From: Micromonospora sp.
Lineage (GTDB): Bacteria; Actinomycetota; Actinomycetes; Mycobacteriales; Micromonosporaceae
Direction of reading: 5' to 3'
DNA: 46,267 bases
Assembly (NCBI GenBank): GCA_049791715.1
Contig: JBARAE010000879.1
Span: 1 to 46,267 of the forward strand
Shown: positions 46,248 through 46,267 of the stretch, piece after piece
How positions within the stretch are numbered: the stretch's first letter is position 1
Layout: each line of letters begins with the position of its first letter
Program-made: the position numbers and the translations under genes
The notes under the pieces: generated by a model
The model's input: only the letters and a program-made list of their open reading frames with translations
What the model was told of the DNA's origin: nothing
Databases searched by the model: none

Positions 46248-46267
46248 CCGGCCGGGCGGCGGACGGG

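Noticed and set aside
37860..46267. Prophage, ICE or integron cassette array
   Set aside because: No integrase, phage, conjugation genes or repeated attC-like sites seen

Overview
High-GC actinobacterial chromosome segment; gene content and style suggest a Micromonospora-like organism (inference). No rRNA, tRNA or CRISPR array was seen. Bases 1-37,850 are mostly intact accessory metabolism. They include a secreted GH81 beta-1,3-glucanase with a tandem unknown C-terminal domain and a promoter bracketed by two perfect LacI-type operators, a YciO/Sua5 gene, a CPA1 antiporter, and a redox/detox cluster (DUF1223 thioredoxin-like, MsrA, epoxide hydrolase, DipZ-like redoxin with CxxW). Also present are an L,D-transpeptidase, a BNR-repeat secreted protein, an acyl-CoA ligase, small genes with SigB/SigF-like promoters, a TetR / class-III aminotransferase (frameshifted) / SDR module, an NYN-LOTUS RNase, several transporters and a secreted lipase-like protein. 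From about 37,860 to the end is a decaying plasticity zone: an ECF sigma remnant, an orphan MazF-like gene, GNATs, HAD, an APH-like kinase, a chimeric methyltransferase, a 63-bp MITE, IS481 and IS701 relics and a GH55 remnant. Many genes look leaderless. Best candidates for undescribed biology are the CxxW-redoxin/MsrA/epoxide hydrolase cluster, the GH81 tandem domain with its dual operator, the NYN-LOTUS protein, the atypical orphan MazF-fold protein and the MITE. All family calls come from motif recognition by eye, without database searches.
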